This document shows, in pieces, positions 52,757 through 64,000 of a DNA stretch of 64,000 nucleotides. Origin of the DNA: Acidobacteriota bacterium (GTDB lineage: Bacteria > Acidobacteriota > Vicinamibacteria > Vicinamibacterales > UBA8438); NCBI GenBank assembly GCA_015659035.1, contig DQNS01000034.1, positions 1,372-65,371 on the forward strand, read 5' to 3'. The first letter of the stretch is position 1. Each line of letters begins with the position of its first letter. The notes under the pieces are model-generated. The model was not told the origin of the DNA and made no database searches. It was given only the letters and a program-made list of their open reading frames with translations. Position numbers and translations under genes: made by a program.

Positions 52757-55435
52757 ATGCGCACCCACAACACGTTCGGGACCCGCCTCTCGTTGTCTGT
52801 CGCCGACACCGTCGTGTCCTTTCACAGTCTGCAGGCGCTCGAACGCGCCGGGTTCCCGAATGTGGCGCGGCTGCCGTACTCGTTGAAGATCCTGCTCGAA
52901 AACCTGCTGCGACGCGAGGACGGGCAGCGCGTCACGCCGGACGACATCCAGGCGCTGGCCCGTTGGGACCCGCGGGCGGGTGCGACCAAGGAGATTGCCT
53001 TCATGCCGTCGCGGGTCCTGCTGCAGGACTTCACCGGCGTTCCGGTCGTGGTCGACCTGGCGGCCATGCGCGACGGCGTCGTCCGGCTCGGGGGAGACCC
53101 GGAGCGCATCAACCCGCTGCAGCCGGCCGAGCTGGTCATCGACCACTCGGTGCAGGTGGACCACTTTCGCCCGGCGAACGCCTTCGATCTGAACGCGCGG
53201 CTCGAGTTCTCGCGTAACAAGGAGCGCTACGCGTTCCTGAAGTGGGGACAGCAGGCGTTCGGCAACTTTCGCGTCGTGCCGCCCGGCACCGGCATCGTGC
53301 ACCAGGTGAACCTCGAGTATCTGGCGCGGGTCGTCTGCACCGACGGCACCAGGGACGGCGCCATGGCGTACCCGGACACGCTCGTCGGCACCGACTCGCA
53401 CACGACGATGGTCAACGGCCTGGGGGTTGTGGGCTGGGGCGTTGGCGGCATCGAGGCGGAGGCGGCGATGCTCGGCCAGCCGATCTCGATGCTCATTCCC
53501 GAGGTGGTTGGGTTCAAGCTGATCGGCCGGCTCCCGGAGGGCACGACCGCGACCGACCTGGTGTTGACCATCACGGAGCGGCTTCGCGGGCACGGGGTGG
53601 TCGGGACGTTCGTGGAGTTCTTCGGCCCGGGGCTCGCGTCGCTCACGCTGGCGGACCGTGCCACGCTGGGCAACATGTCGCCCGAGTACGGGTCTACGGT
53701 CGCCATCTGTCCGATCGACCAGATGACCCTCGACTATCTGACCCTGACCGGCCGGGACGCTCGGCAGGTCGCCCTGGTCGACGCGTATACCCGGGCGCAA
53801 GGGATGTTCGGCGCCGCTGCCGTCGACCCGGTCTACACGAGCGTCGTCGAGTTCGACCTGAGTGCGGTCGAGCCGAGCCTTGCCGGTCCGACGCGTCCAC
53901 AGGATCGGGTGGCGCTCAAGCAGGCCAAGACCGCGTTCGCGAGCGCGTTGCCGGACCTGCTGGCGGGTCGCGACGCGCAACCGGTCGCGTCGTCGAACGG
54001 CAACGGCGCCGGGCTCGACCACGGCGCGGTGGTCATCGCCGCCATCACCAGCTGTACCAACACGTCGAATCCGAGCGTGATGATCGCCGCCGGGCTGCTT
54101 GCGCAGAAGGCGGTCGCGCGTGGGTTGAAGCCGCAGCCCTGGGTGAAGACCAGTCTTGCGCCCGGGTCGCTGGTGGTCACGGAGTATCTTGAGACGGCCG
54201 GGTTGATGACGCCGCTCGCCGAGCTCGGGTTCCGGTTGGTCGGCTACGGGTGCACCACCTGCATCGGTAACAGCGGACCGCTGCCTGAGGACGTCTCGGC
54301 CGAAGTGAAGGCCCGCGACCTGGTGGTCGTGTCGGTCCTGAGCGGGAACCGGAATTTCGAGGGTCGCGTGCAGTCGCAGGTGCGTGCCAACTACCTGGCG
54401 TCGCCGCCGCTCGTGGTCGCGTATGCGCTGGCGGGGCGGATGACCGTCGACCTCACGACCGAGTCGCTCGGGCGGGACCCGGAGGGCAGGGATGTGTTCT
54501 TGCGCGACATCTGGCCGTCGGCCGACGAGATCCAGACGGCGATGGCCGCTGCGGTACGCACCGAACAGTTCACGTCGAAGTATCGCGGGGTGTTCGACGG
54601 GGACGAGCGGTGGCGTGGGCTGCCGGCGCCGACCGGCCAGCGCTTCTCGTGGGACGACGAGTCCACCTACGTGCGCAGCCCGCCGTTCTTCGAGAACCTC
54701 GCGCTGGCGCCGGCGGCCCGCGTGGACGTCGTGGGAGCGCGAGTACTGGTGCTGCTGGGCGACAGCGTGACGACCGACCACATCTCCCCGGCGGGCTCCA
54801 TCCCCGTCGACGGGCCGGCCGGGAGGTATCTAATCTCGCGTGGGGTGGACCCGAAGGACTTCAACTCGTTTGGAAGCCGGCGCGGCAACCACGAGGTGAT
54901 GATGCGGGGCACCTTCGCGAACATCCGCCTGCGCAATCGGCTGGCGCCCGGGACCGAGGGCGGCTGGACGTCGTATCAGCCGGACGGCGAGGAGCTGAGT
55001 GTCTACGACGCGGCCATACGATACATGGAGGCCGGGGTGCCGCTGGTCGTTCTGGCCGGCAAGGAATACGGGTCGGGTTCTTCCCGCGACTGGGCCGCCA
55101 AGGGCACCCTGTTGCTGGGCGTCCATGCCGTCATCGCCGAGAGCTTCGAGCGGATTCACCGGAGTAACCTGGTGTTCATGGGGGTCTTGCCGCTGCAGTT
55201 CAAGGACGGGGACAGCGTTGCAGCGCTCGGGCTGACCGGTCGCGAGACGTTCGACATCACCGGCATCACCGACGGGCTCACGCCGCACGGCGAGGTGACG
55301 GTGCGCGCCGTCGCCTCGGATGGCGCCGTGCGGGAGTTCACGCCGAGGGTACGGATCGATACCCCGGACGAGCTGAGGTACTACCGTGACGGCGGTATCC
55401 TGCCATATGTGTTGCGCCAGCTCGTGAGGGACTAG
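52757..55435 (+). CDS. acnA: aconitate hydratase A
   Basis: [74 protein letters not shown]. Confidence 0.97.
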   Translation: MRTHNTFGTRLSLSVADTVVSFHSLQALERAGFPNVARLPYSLKILLENLLRREDGQRVTPDDIQALARWDPRAGATKEIAFMPSRVLLQDFTGVPVVVDLAAMRDGVVRLGGDPERINPLQPAELVIDHSVQVDHFRPANAFDLNARLEFSRNKERYAFLKWGQQAFGNFRVVPPGTGIVHQVNLEYLARVVCTDGTRDGAMAYPDTLVGTDSHTTMVNGLGVVGWGVGGIEAEAAMLGQPISMLIPEVVGFKLIGRLPEGTTATDLVLTITERLRGHGVVGTFVEFFGPGLASLTLADRATLGNMSPEYGSTVAICPIDQMTLDYLTLTGRDARQVALVDAYTRAQGMFGAAAVDPVYTSVVEFDLSAVEPSLAGPTRPQDRVALKQAKTAFASALPDLLAGRDAQPVASSNGNGAGLDHGAVVIAAITSCTNTSNPSVMIAAGLLAQKAVARGLKPQPWVKTSLAPGSLVVTEYLETAGLMTPLAELGFRLVGYGCTTCIGNSGPLPEDVSAEVKARDLVVVSVLSGNRNFEGRVQSQVRANYLASPPLVVAYALAGRMTVDLTTESLGRDPEGRDVFLRDIWPSADEIQTAMAAAVRTEQFTSKYRGVFDGDERWRGLPAPTGQRFSWDDESTYVRSPPFFENLALAPAARVDVVGARVLVLLGDSVTTDHISPAGSIPVDGPAGRYLISRGVDPKDFNSFGSRRGNHEVMMRGTFANIRLRNRLAPGTEGGWTSYQPDGEELSVYDAAIRYMEAGVPLVVLAGKEYGSGSSRDWAAKGTLLLGVHAVIAESFERIHRSNLVFMGVLPLQFKDGDSVAALGLTGRETFDITGITDGLTPHGEVTVRAVASDGAVREFTPRVRIDTPDELRYYRDGGILPYVLRQLVRD

Positions 55436-55447
55436 AGCGGACAGGAG

Positions 55448-57343
55448 ATGTCGCGTGATCCCTGGTGTCCATCGGCCGCCGTGGCGGCCGGTGTGACCGT
55501 GTTGTTGTTGATGACGACAACCACCGCCACCGCCCAGGACGTTGATGATTCCCAGTCGGAGCAGATCGAGTGGGACCTCGGCGAGATCTATCCGAGCTAC
55601 GAGGCTTGGAACAGCGCCAAGACGCGGCTCGAAGAGCGAGTCGAGGCGCTCGCCGCCTACCGCGGCCGTCTGGGTGAGAGTGCCGCCACGCTGCGGGAGG
55701 CGTTCGATGCGATCACCGGGACGGAGAAGGAGCTCGCGCGGCTCTATGTGTTCGCGTTTCTGAAAGCGGACGAGGACCGACGAGTGTCCGCGGCGCAGGA
55801 ACGGCGTGGTCTGGCGGCGGCCCTGCTGTCCGAGTTCAACGAGACGGTGGCCTTCGTGTCGCCCGAACTGCTGCGGGTCGGTTCCCAGACGGTCCAGAGG
55901 TATCTTGCCGAGGAGCCGGGTCTCGACACGCACGCCTTCAACATCCGCAACACGCTGCGCCAGGAGCCGCACACGCTGTCGGACGAAACGGAACAGGTGA
56001 TCGCGGCGATCGGGCTGGTCGTGCAGGGGCCCGAGCGTATCTACGCGATGCTCACCAGCTCGGACATGCCGTTCCCGACCGTCACGCTGTCGACCGGAGA
56101 GGAGGTGCGGTTGGACCAGGCAGCCTACTCGCTGCACCGGGCGTCGCGGAACCGGGACGACCGCAGGCTGGTGTTCGACCGGTTCTGGGGGGTGTGGAAG
56201 GCCTATGAGACCACACTGGGGCAGACGCTCGACACCCACGTCAAGACGCACGTGTTCCAGGCGAAGACCCGACGATATGACAGCGCGCTGGACGCGGCGC
56301 TCTCGGGGCCGAACATCCCGACCGCGGTCTATCAGAAGCTGATCGAGGCGACGCACCGCCACCTGCCGTCCCTGCACCGCTACTTCCGGCTGCGGCAGCG
56401 GATGCTGGGGCTCGACGACCTGCACTACTACGACATCTACCCGCCGCTGGTCGCATCGCAGCGCACCTTCGACATCGCCGAGTCGAAGGCGCTGATGCGT
56501 GCCTCGGCGGCGCCGCTCGGCGATCACTACCTGGAGCTGCTCGAAAAGGGGTTCACCGGGACCTGGATGCACGTGTACCCGCAGCAAGGTAAGGCGCCGG
56601 GCGCCTATATGTATGGCGATGTCTACGACGTCCACCCGTTCTTGCTGCTGAATCACAACGGTCAGTTCAACGACGTGTCCACGTTCACGCACGAGTGGGG
56701 GCACGCGATCCACACGATGCTTGCCCAGGAGCACCACCCGTACGAGACCGCCGGGTATGCCACGTTTACCGCCGAGATCGCCTCGACGACCAACGAGGTC
56801 CTGCTGCAGGAGCACATGCTCGGCCAGGACATCTCGGACGAGGAGAGGCTGTTCTATCTGGGGACCGCGCTCGAGGCGGTTCGCGGCACCTTCTTTCGGC
56901 AGGTAATGTTCGCCGAGTTCGAGCTGCGGATTCACGAGATGGTCGAGACGGGCGAGGCGCTGTCGGGTGAGAAGATGACCGCCGTCTACGAGCAGCTGCT
57001 CCGCCAGTATCATGGGGCTGATGCCGGCGTGATGACGATCGACCCCGCCTATGCGGTCGAGTGGGCCTTCATTCCGCATTTCTACCGGAACTTCTATGTG
57101 TTTCAGTATGCGACCTCCATCGCCGGCGGGACGAGGTTCGCCGAGCGGTTTCTGACCGGCGATGACCAAGCGCGGGACGACTATCTGGCGGTGCTCTCCG
57201 CCGGCGGCTCACGCTACGCCTACGAGCTGTTGCAGGAGTACGGGATCGATCTGGCCACCGACGCGCCCTACGACGCGCTGATCGCCAGGATGGACCGCGT
57301 CATGGACGAGATCGAGGCAATCCTGGACCGAAAGGGGAACTAG
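55448..57343 (+). CDS. pepF: oligoendopeptidase F (M3B) with predicted signal peptide
   Basis: WDL..IY, GK..GAY, HP.LLLN, THEWGHAIH, F.AEIAST.NE, FRQ.MFAEFE, W..IPHFY..FYV.QYA. Confidence 0.9.
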   Translation: MSRDPWCPSAAVAAGVTVLLLMTTTTATAQDVDDSQSEQIEWDLGEIYPSYEAWNSAKTRLEERVEALAAYRGRLGESAATLREAFDAITGTEKELARLYVFAFLKADEDRRVSAAQERRGLAAALLSEFNETVAFVSPELLRVGSQTVQRYLAEEPGLDTHAFNIRNTLRQEPHTLSDETEQVIAAIGLVVQGPERIYAMLTSSDMPFPTVTLSTGEEVRLDQAAYSLHRASRNRDDRRLVFDRFWGVWKAYETTLGQTLDTHVKTHVFQAKTRRYDSALDAALSGPNIPTAVYQKLIEATHRHLPSLHRYFRLRQRMLGLDDLHYYDIYPPLVASQRTFDIAESKALMRASAAPLGDHYLELLEKGFTGTWMHVYPQQGKAPGAYMYGDVYDVHPFLLLNHNGQFNDVSTFTHEWGHAIHTMLAQEHHPYETAGYATFTAEIASTTNEVLLQEHMLGQDISDEERLFYLGTALEAVRGTFFRQVMFAEFELRIHEMVETGEALSGEKMTAVYEQLLRQYHGADAGVMTIDPAYAVEWAFIPHFYRNFYVFQYATSIAGGTRFAERFLTGDDQARDDYLAVLSAGGSRYAYELLQEYGIDLATDAPYDALIARMDRVMDEIEAILDRKGN

Positions 57344-57517
57344 GTGGCCCGTGGCATGAGGACGGCAGCATTCGGCCGCGGATGCATCCCGCCAGGGCCG
57401 GCGTTCGGCTTCTGGTCACCGGGGTCGAATACTGCCGGTATGCTCTCTCCCCGCGCCGTGGGGGACGGGCGCTTCGACGCCCTCGGTGCGTGCCGTCCTC
57501 ATGCCACGGACCACTGA
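57340..57517 (+). repeat. family-A dispersed repeat, copy 9
   Basis: Starts at the pepF stop (CTAG); arms GTGGCCCGTGGCATGAGGACGGCA/TGCCGTCCTCATGCCACGGACCAC; core GTCGAATACTGCCGGTATGCTCTCTCC. Confidence 0.82.
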
Positions 57518-57524
57518 CCACATC

Positions 57525-58124
57525 ATGCCTGTGAGACATCTGACCACCCTGGAGCTCGAGGCTGGGTTGGCTACGGTGCGCCAATCACCGCGAGACGAAG
57601 GGGTGCTGGAGCTGGTCGTGGCACGACCCCGAGAGGGTGAGCGGCAGGTTCTCGAGGACGGCGAGCTCAGCCTGCGTGACGGGCTTGTCGGGGACAGTTG
57701 GCGGTCGCGGAGCAGCGGCCGCACGTCTGACGGATTGCCGCATCCGGACATGCAGCTGAACGTCATGAACGCTCGCATGGTTGCCCTCCTGGCAGGGACC
57801 AAGAGCCGCTGGCCACTGGCCGGAGATCAGCTGTTCGTCGATCTGGACCTGAGCGCCGAGAACGTGCCACCCGGGACCCGACTCGCAATCGGTACCGCCG
57901 TGATCGAGCTGACCGATCAACCGCATACGGGGTGTGGCAAGTTCGTCGAGCGCTTCGGCGTGGACGCGATGAAGCTCGTCAACTCCGAGCTGGGCCGACG
58001 TCTCCAGCTCCGCGGTGTGCACGCCAAGGTGGTGCAGCCGGGCCGTATCCGGGTCGGAGACCTGACGACGAAGCTTTACAGTCAGGAGAAGCATGAGGGT
58101 CGCCGGGGGCGGGTGGGCACATGA
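57525..58124 (+). CDS. MOSC domain protein
   Basis: GL.GD, GDQL..D.DLS..N...GT.L.IG.AV.E....PHTGC.KF..RFG, RG..A.V...G.I..GD. Confidence 0.88.
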   Translation: MPVRHLTTLELEAGLATVRQSPRDEGVLELVVARPREGERQVLEDGELSLRDGLVGDSWRSRSSGRTSDGLPHPDMQLNVMNARMVALLAGTKSRWPLAGDQLFVDLDLSAENVPPGTRLAIGTAVIELTDQPHTGCGKFVERFGVDAMKLVNSELGRRLQLRGVHAKVVQPGRIRVGDLTTKLYSQEKHEGRRGRVGT

Positions 58125-58360
58125 ACAGGGCGTCGATCGCCGACAGCCCGACCGCAAAGGTCACGCGTTTTCTGGATGCCTCGCCGGAGGAGGTCTTCGA
58201 CGCTTGGACCAATCCGGACCAGGCCCGTCGCTGGATGTGCCCCTTCGGCGCTTCGGTTCCCGACCTCACGCTGGAGGCGAGGGTCGGCGGTCGGCTGTGC
58301 GCACCGAGCTCCCGCCTTCCGGGCGTAGAACCGTCGTTGAGGCGGACCTGTCCGCCGTAG
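58121..58360 (+). pseudogene. truncated SRPBCC/AHSA1-like gene
   Basis: TR...ASPEEVFDAWT.P....RW..P......D.RVGG-like N-terminal half; similarity then stops and a REP-like CCTGTCCGCCGTAGC..GCGAAGGCGG supplies the stop. Confidence 0.6.
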
Positions 58361-58503
58361 CTGCGAAGAGCACACACCGAGCGAAGGCGGATTGACAGTG
58401 AGTGGACCGGGCCGTAAAGTTGACGCAGTAGTGAAGGTTTCGGCTGCGCGGTTCGAGGGCAGGGCGTGCGTCATCGAGGACGCCGCGCGGCGAAGGAGCA
58501 GCG

Positions 58504-59982
58504 ATGAGGCGCATGACGTTCCTGTTGGCGGCGTTGGTGGTCGTGCTGTCCTGTGCCACAGCGAGTGCGGGGCAGACGGACGAAATCCCGACCTTCACCA
58601 AGGACATCGCACCGATCCTCTATGACAACTGCGTGACCTGTCATCGGCCCGACAACATCGCGCCAATGGCGCTGCTCGAATACACGGACGCGCGTCCGTG
58701 GGCCCGGTCGATCAAGGACCTGGTCGTGGCCCGCGAGATGCCACCCTGGCCGGCCGATCCGAAGAACAGCATGAAGTTCCGGAACGAGCGCTATCTCGAG
58801 CAGCACGAGATCGACACCATCGCGGCCTGGGTGGATGCCGGCGCGCCGAAGGGCAACGACGCAGACATGCCGCCGAAACCGGTGTTCCCGGAAGGCTGGA
58901 CCTATGAAGGCGGCGAGCCCGACTACGTCTTCGATCTGCCCATCGAGTACACGGTCGCGGCCGAGGGGGAAGAGGACTACATCAATTTCTATTCTGAGAT
59001 TCCCTGGGAGGCGGACCGGTTCGCCGAGGTGCTCGAGCTGCGCCCGAGCGACTTCCGGCTGGTGCACCACTCGGGTGCGTATACGGTCGACCTCCCCTGG
59101 GGCACGCAGGTGATCGACGGCGTGCTGCACGACCTCGAGGGCAACTCGCTGCTGCGGGCGCGGCTACCTCGCCGTCCCGTCGAGCCGGACGAGGAGGTCG
59201 AACCGGCGTCGGCCGGCCGCGTGGCCCAGCGCGTGTTCAACGAGGTCAACCTGCCGGGCTCGAGCAAGCTGCTGTCCTACGTCCCGGGTCGGGGCGTCGA
59301 GCGCCATCGTCCCGGCACCGGCAAGCGGCTGGCCGCCGGGAAGTGGGTCCGCTGGACGATGCACTACAACCCGATCGGGGTCGAGGCGACCGAGCGCAGC
59401 AAGCTCGGCATCTGGTTCAACACCCAGCCGGTCACCCACGAGGTGCTGACCCGGCAGGCCGGGAACGCGTTCCCGACCGACCCGTTCGGCAACGACATCT
59501 ACATCGTCCAGGGCGAAGAGATCAAACCGACGCGCGACCCCGAGACCGGGCGCGTGCGTCGTGCGCAGATCCCGAACATCCCGTCGTATACCGACGACTG
59601 GAAGATCACCGGGATCACGCCGATCAACGAGCCGGTCACGCTCTACGCGCTGTCGCCGCACATGCACCTGCGGGGCAAGAGCCTGCGGTGGATCGTGACC
59701 TATCCCGACGGCCGTGAGGAGACGCTGCTCGACGTCCCGGAGTTCGATTTCAACTGGCAGATTCATTTCGAGCTCGAGGAGCCGCTGTATCTGCCGGCGG
59801 GCAGCAAGATTACCGGTATCGGGGTCTACGACAACTCGCTCGGCAACCGGTGGAACCCTGGTCCGCAGCTCGAGGTCTACTGGGGACAGCAGAGCTGGGA
59901 CGAGATGTATCAGGCGTTCACCGAGTACACCGTCGAGAGCCAGGACCTGACGAAGCCGCAGCCGAGTACCAACGACGAATAG
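58504..59982 (+). CDS. secreted cytochrome c / copper type II (PHM-like) monooxygenase-fold protein
   Basis: Signal peptide, CVTCH haem motif, MPPW, VHH, MHY, PHMH.RG, DFNWQ and DEM motifs. Confidence 0.75.
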   Translation: MRRMTFLLAALVVVLSCATASAGQTDEIPTFTKDIAPILYDNCVTCHRPDNIAPMALLEYTDARPWARSIKDLVVAREMPPWPADPKNSMKFRNERYLEQHEIDTIAAWVDAGAPKGNDADMPPKPVFPEGWTYEGGEPDYVFDLPIEYTVAAEGEEDYINFYSEIPWEADRFAEVLELRPSDFRLVHHSGAYTVDLPWGTQVIDGVLHDLEGNSLLRARLPRRPVEPDEEVEPASAGRVAQRVFNEVNLPGSSKLLSYVPGRGVERHRPGTGKRLAAGKWVRWTMHYNPIGVEATERSKLGIWFNTQPVTHEVLTRQAGNAFPTDPFGNDIYIVQGEEIKPTRDPETGRVRRAQIPNIPSYTDDWKITGITPINEPVTLYALSPHMHLRGKSLRWIVTYPDGREETLLDVPEFDFNWQIHFELEEPLYLPAGSKITGIGVYDNSLGNRWNPGPQLEVYWGQQSWDEMYQAFTEYTVESQDLTKPQPSTNDE

Positions 59983-60124
59983 CCCGGGCTTCGTCCGAAC
60001 GGCGTGCACGTTGCGACCGGAGCCGAGCGCTGCCGCTTAGCTCCGGTCGTCTCATGTGGGCTGCGTGCATGCCGTCGTCGTGGGGGGCGTGTGGCGGCTC
60101 CAGGTGAGGCAAGGGAGTGGTGTC

Positions 60125-60751
60125 ATGCGGAGACGGTCGGTGCGTCTGGGCTTGCTAATCACGGCGGTTGGAATTCTTGCCCAGGCCGTCGTGCTCGCGC
60201 AGCCACAGCGGCCGCAAGGGCAGATACCGGACCGTGGCCGCCCGACCGAGAGCAGCGACGAGATCCCGATCTTCGACTACAACGCGTATTTCCCAGGCAC
60301 GTGGGAGTTCGAGTGGCGGGTGCCGGAGAGCCCGCTCGGATCGGGCGGCTTGATCGAGGGGACCGAGGTCTATTCGGACAGCGCGGACGGTCGCTACTAC
60401 ACCAGCAGGATCGACGCCCGGGGTCCGGACGGACCGTTCATAACGGAGTCCCGGATCGTGTATCTGGCCGACCAGAAGGTGTTCGTCCGGTACGACACCG
60501 ACAGCCGCGGGTTCGACATCTTCAGGATGGGCCGGGTGGGCGGCGACCTTGGCGGGTTCTACACGATCCACTACGAGACGCCGCCATTCGAGGTGAACAG
60601 GCAACAGGTGCAGCTTCGGATGACCACGCGCATGGTGTCGCCGGTGAACTACAGGGTGGAGGCGCGCATCTCGATCGACGGCGAGCCGTTCACGAATTTC
60701 GGCAACGCCTGGTGGACGAAGAACGTGCCGGACGTGACCACACCGCGATGA
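60125..60751 (+). CDS. hypothetical secreted protein (beta-rich)
   Basis: GGGAG SD, signal peptide ending VLA-Q; ATGA overlap with the next gene. Confidence 0.7.
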   Translation: MRRRSVRLGLLITAVGILAQAVVLAQPQRPQGQIPDRGRPTESSDEIPIFDYNAYFPGTWEFEWRVPESPLGSGGLIEGTEVYSDSADGRYYTSRIDARGPDGPFITESRIVYLADQKVFVRYDTDSRGFDIFRMGRVGGDLGGFYTIHYETPPFEVNRQQVQLRMTTRMVSPVNYRVEARISIDGEPFTNFGNAWWTKNVPDVTTPR

Positions 60752-61125
60752 TCCCGGCCACACGCCCCATGACGTTGACGATGTCGGGCGTGTTCCTGCT
60801 TCTGGTCGGGCTGACCGCCGTCGCGACGGCGCAGCCGATGTCGATCATGATGACCGTCGGATGTGTCGAGCGCGACGGTCGTGGCGGGTTCACCCTGACC
60901 CGCGCGACCGACCCGGAGGCGCTCGCCGATCGGCTCCCCGAACAACCACCGGCCGACGCGCCGCTCGGCATGCTGACCATCAGGATGGTCGGCACACTCG
61001 ACGAGTTCGGCGTCGCCGCGCACGAAGGGCACAAGGTTTGGGCGAAAGGGCTGCTCAACCCGGGCGAGCCGAACGACCTCTTGAATCTCACGTCGATTAC
61101 GCACCTCGCGCCGTCTTGCGAGTAG
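60748..61125 (+). CDS. hypothetical secreted protein
   Basis: Signal peptide; TVGCV...H.GHKV..KG.L...SC pattern, with a Cys pair that could form a disulfide. Confidence 0.7.
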   Translation: MIPATRPMTLTMSGVFLLLVGLTAVATAQPMSIMMTVGCVERDGRGGFTLTRATDPEALADRLPEQPPADAPLGMLTIRMVGTLDEFGVAAHEGHKVWAKGLLNPGEPNDLLNLTSITHLAPSCE

Positions 61126-61273
61126 CCCCTTGGCGGCACCCGTGGGGCAAGGCATCAGCCTTGCCTCGCAGGAGCTCCTTGAAATCCTGGAACAGCCGTT
61201 CAGCCTCGGCAAGACGCTCCGCCAAGACTGCGACCGAGACCTTTTCGGGCTGACGCGCATTCACCCGAGCCAT
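61097..61273 (-). CDS. candidate leaderless small protein (58 aa)
   Basis: TATGAT-N6-ATG; MARVNARQPEKVSVAVLAERLAEAERLFQDFKELLRGK reads as an amphipathic helix with GC3-biased codons. Confidence 0.35.
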   Translation of the reverse strand: MARVNARQPEKVSVAVLAERLAEAERLFQDFKELLRGKADALPHGCRQGATRKTARGA

Positions 61274-61368
61274 CTCCCGATCATAGCGGGGGGGGGCGGT
61301 CGCCCCGGGGGCCGCAGGCCCCAAGCGCCCAAAGCCTAGCCAGCGGCGGCGGTGCGCCTGTGCCGCCG

Positions 61369-62799
61369 CTACAGCATCGCCGGAATAATCAGCATCGCGA
61401 CGGCGGTGACGAGGAAAAGCACCAACGCGATCAGGCCGCTGTAGCCGAGGATGTCACCGAACTTCATTCGCGTGACCGTCAGGATCGGGATCGCCCAGAA
61501 CGGTTGGATGAGGTTGCTCGTCGAGTCGCCGTAGCAGTAGGCGAGCAGGGTCGTCGTGGGCGACACCGCCAGTTCCGTGGCGGCCGGTAGCAGGTAGGGT
61601 GCCTCGATCAGCCACTTCGACCCGCCGGACGGCACGAAGATGTTCACGAAACCCGAGTAGATGTAGACGATCAGGGGATACGTCTCCGTGGTGGCGACCT
61701 GCACGAACAGCCCACCCAGCCAGTCACCGAGCCCCGTGCCGTTGATGACCCCGAAGATCCCGGCGTAGAAGGGGAACTGCAGAATGACCCCGGACGCGGT
61801 GGGGGCACCGTTGCCGAAGGCGCGGACCAGGTTCGCGGGTCGGCCCTGCAGCAGCAGGGCGCCGATCAGAAACACCGCGTTGTAGGCGTTGATTGTCCAG
61901 TTGGCGCCGAACCACGTCTCGAGCGATGTGAAGAACGGCTGCGATCCCGATAGGACCTCGGTCGTGAACGAGCGGCCGAGCGGATAGCCGATCAGGATCA
62001 CCGCCAGGAAGATCCATCCGCGAAACGCCTCGATGCGGGCGGCCGGCGTCGTCGGCTCCACCTCCTCCGGCATCACCGGCATGATCTGCTGCAACTGGTC
62101 CTCGCTCAGCGTGCGTGGGTTCTGGCGCGGGTGCAGGAGGGCCACCATCCCGAGCGCGACGAGCGACACGACCAGCAGGTAGGTCAGGTTGAACACGTTG
62201 AACAACGTCTCGGTAATCGGTAGCAGGCGGTCGACGAGCGGCTCGGTCCCGGGCGGCGGCGTCGTGATCGGATTGCCAGCGGTGGCCATGATGAGCGGTG
62301 CCGAGCCGGAGATCCCACCATGCCAGACGGTGCCGAGACCGAGATAGCCGGCGACGACCAGCAGCCGGATGTCCGCCTTCGGGTTCCGCCGTGCGATGAA
62401 CGGGACGAACAGCGCCGAGGCGACCACGCTCGCGGCCCAGTTGAAATAGGCGACGATGATCGAGAACGCGCCCAGCAGGACCACCGCCTGGACAGGCCGG
62501 TCCGCGTCCGGACGCCCGGCCAGCCAGTCGAGGAAGCGGAAGGCGGGCCGCGACGACACGCACGCGTGCGCGGCGATCATGGCGATGGTGAACTGCATCG
62601 CCAACACGAGCAGCGCCCACATGCCGCCGCCCCAGGCGAGCGCCGTCTCATTGAGCCCGGCGCCGGCGCCGAAGATCGCTAGCAGCATCGCTATGACCGT
62701 CAGCATCATGCAGACGACCCACGAGTCGGGGATCCACCGCTCTGTGAAACGCGACAGGCCCTCGCCGAGGTTGCCGATGACGCGAATCAGAACTGACAT
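61369..62799 (-). CDS. atoE: short-chain fatty acid transporter (AtoE/TIGR00366 family)
   Basis: ERWIPD, W..G.W.LL..AMQ, WHGG.SGSAPL, ILQFPFYAGI.G, NIFVPSGG.W, YGD...NLIQPFWA.P.L. Confidence 0.85.
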   Translation of the reverse strand: MSVLIRVIGNLGEGLSRFTERWIPDSWVVCMMLTVIAMLLAIFGAGAGLNETALAWGGGMWALLVLAMQFTIAMIAAHACVSSRPAFRFLDWLAGRPDADRPVQAVVLLGAFSIIVAYFNWAASVVASALFVPFIARRNPKADIRLLVVAGYLGLGTVWHGGISGSAPLIMATAGNPITTPPPGTEPLVDRLLPITETLFNVFNLTYLLVVSLVALGMVALLHPRQNPRTLSEDQLQQIMPVMPEEVEPTTPAARIEAFRGWIFLAVILIGYPLGRSFTTEVLSGSQPFFTSLETWFGANWTINAYNAVFLIGALLLQGRPANLVRAFGNGAPTASGVILQFPFYAGIFGVINGTGLGDWLGGLFVQVATTETYPLIVYIYSGFVNIFVPSGGSKWLIEAPYLLPAATELAVSPTTTLLAYCYGDSTSNLIQPFWAIPILTVTRMKFGDILGYSGLIALVLFLVTAVAMLIIPAML

Positions 62800-62867
62800 A
62801 TAGGAATCCAGGATACCTGGCCCCGGGCGGAGGGCCGTCCGGGAACACGTGAGTCGTGGGGTGGGCG

Positions 62868-64000
<1,133 letters not shown>

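Overview
High-GC bacterial chromosomal segment. Gene content and order suggest Acidobacteriota, possibly Vicinamibacteria (inference). It is mostly housekeeping: aroB, proS, tatAC, smc, the rimP-nusA-infB-rbfA-truB-rpsO-pnp cluster, asnS, murU/amgK-like, degP, glgP, xseAB-ispA-tlyA-nadK, gatCA, rpoZ, amrAB, nfo, acnA, pepF, atoE and mmsA. I saw no tRNA, rRNA, CRISPR array, transposase or prophage. Standout 1: an archease-rtcB RNA-repair pair in which the metal-binding active-site Cys codon of RtcB (GYDIN-C-GVR) is an in-frame TGA. A hairpin follows immediately, and its apical CAGGUCUG matches the E. coli fdhF SECIS, so this is a candidate selenocysteine RNA ligase. Standout 2: the intergenic space holds at least three families of non-autonomous repeats. 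The largest (9 full and about 3 partial copies, ~165-200 nt) has a conserved core but copy-specific, self-complementary ends. It sits at CTAG/CTNAG sites, often on stop codons, and rewrites several gene starts and ends. Also noted: many apparently leaderless genes, a 32-proline run in an OmpA protein, recent in-gene duplications (infB, tatA), and a cytochrome c fused to a PHM-like copper monooxygenase.
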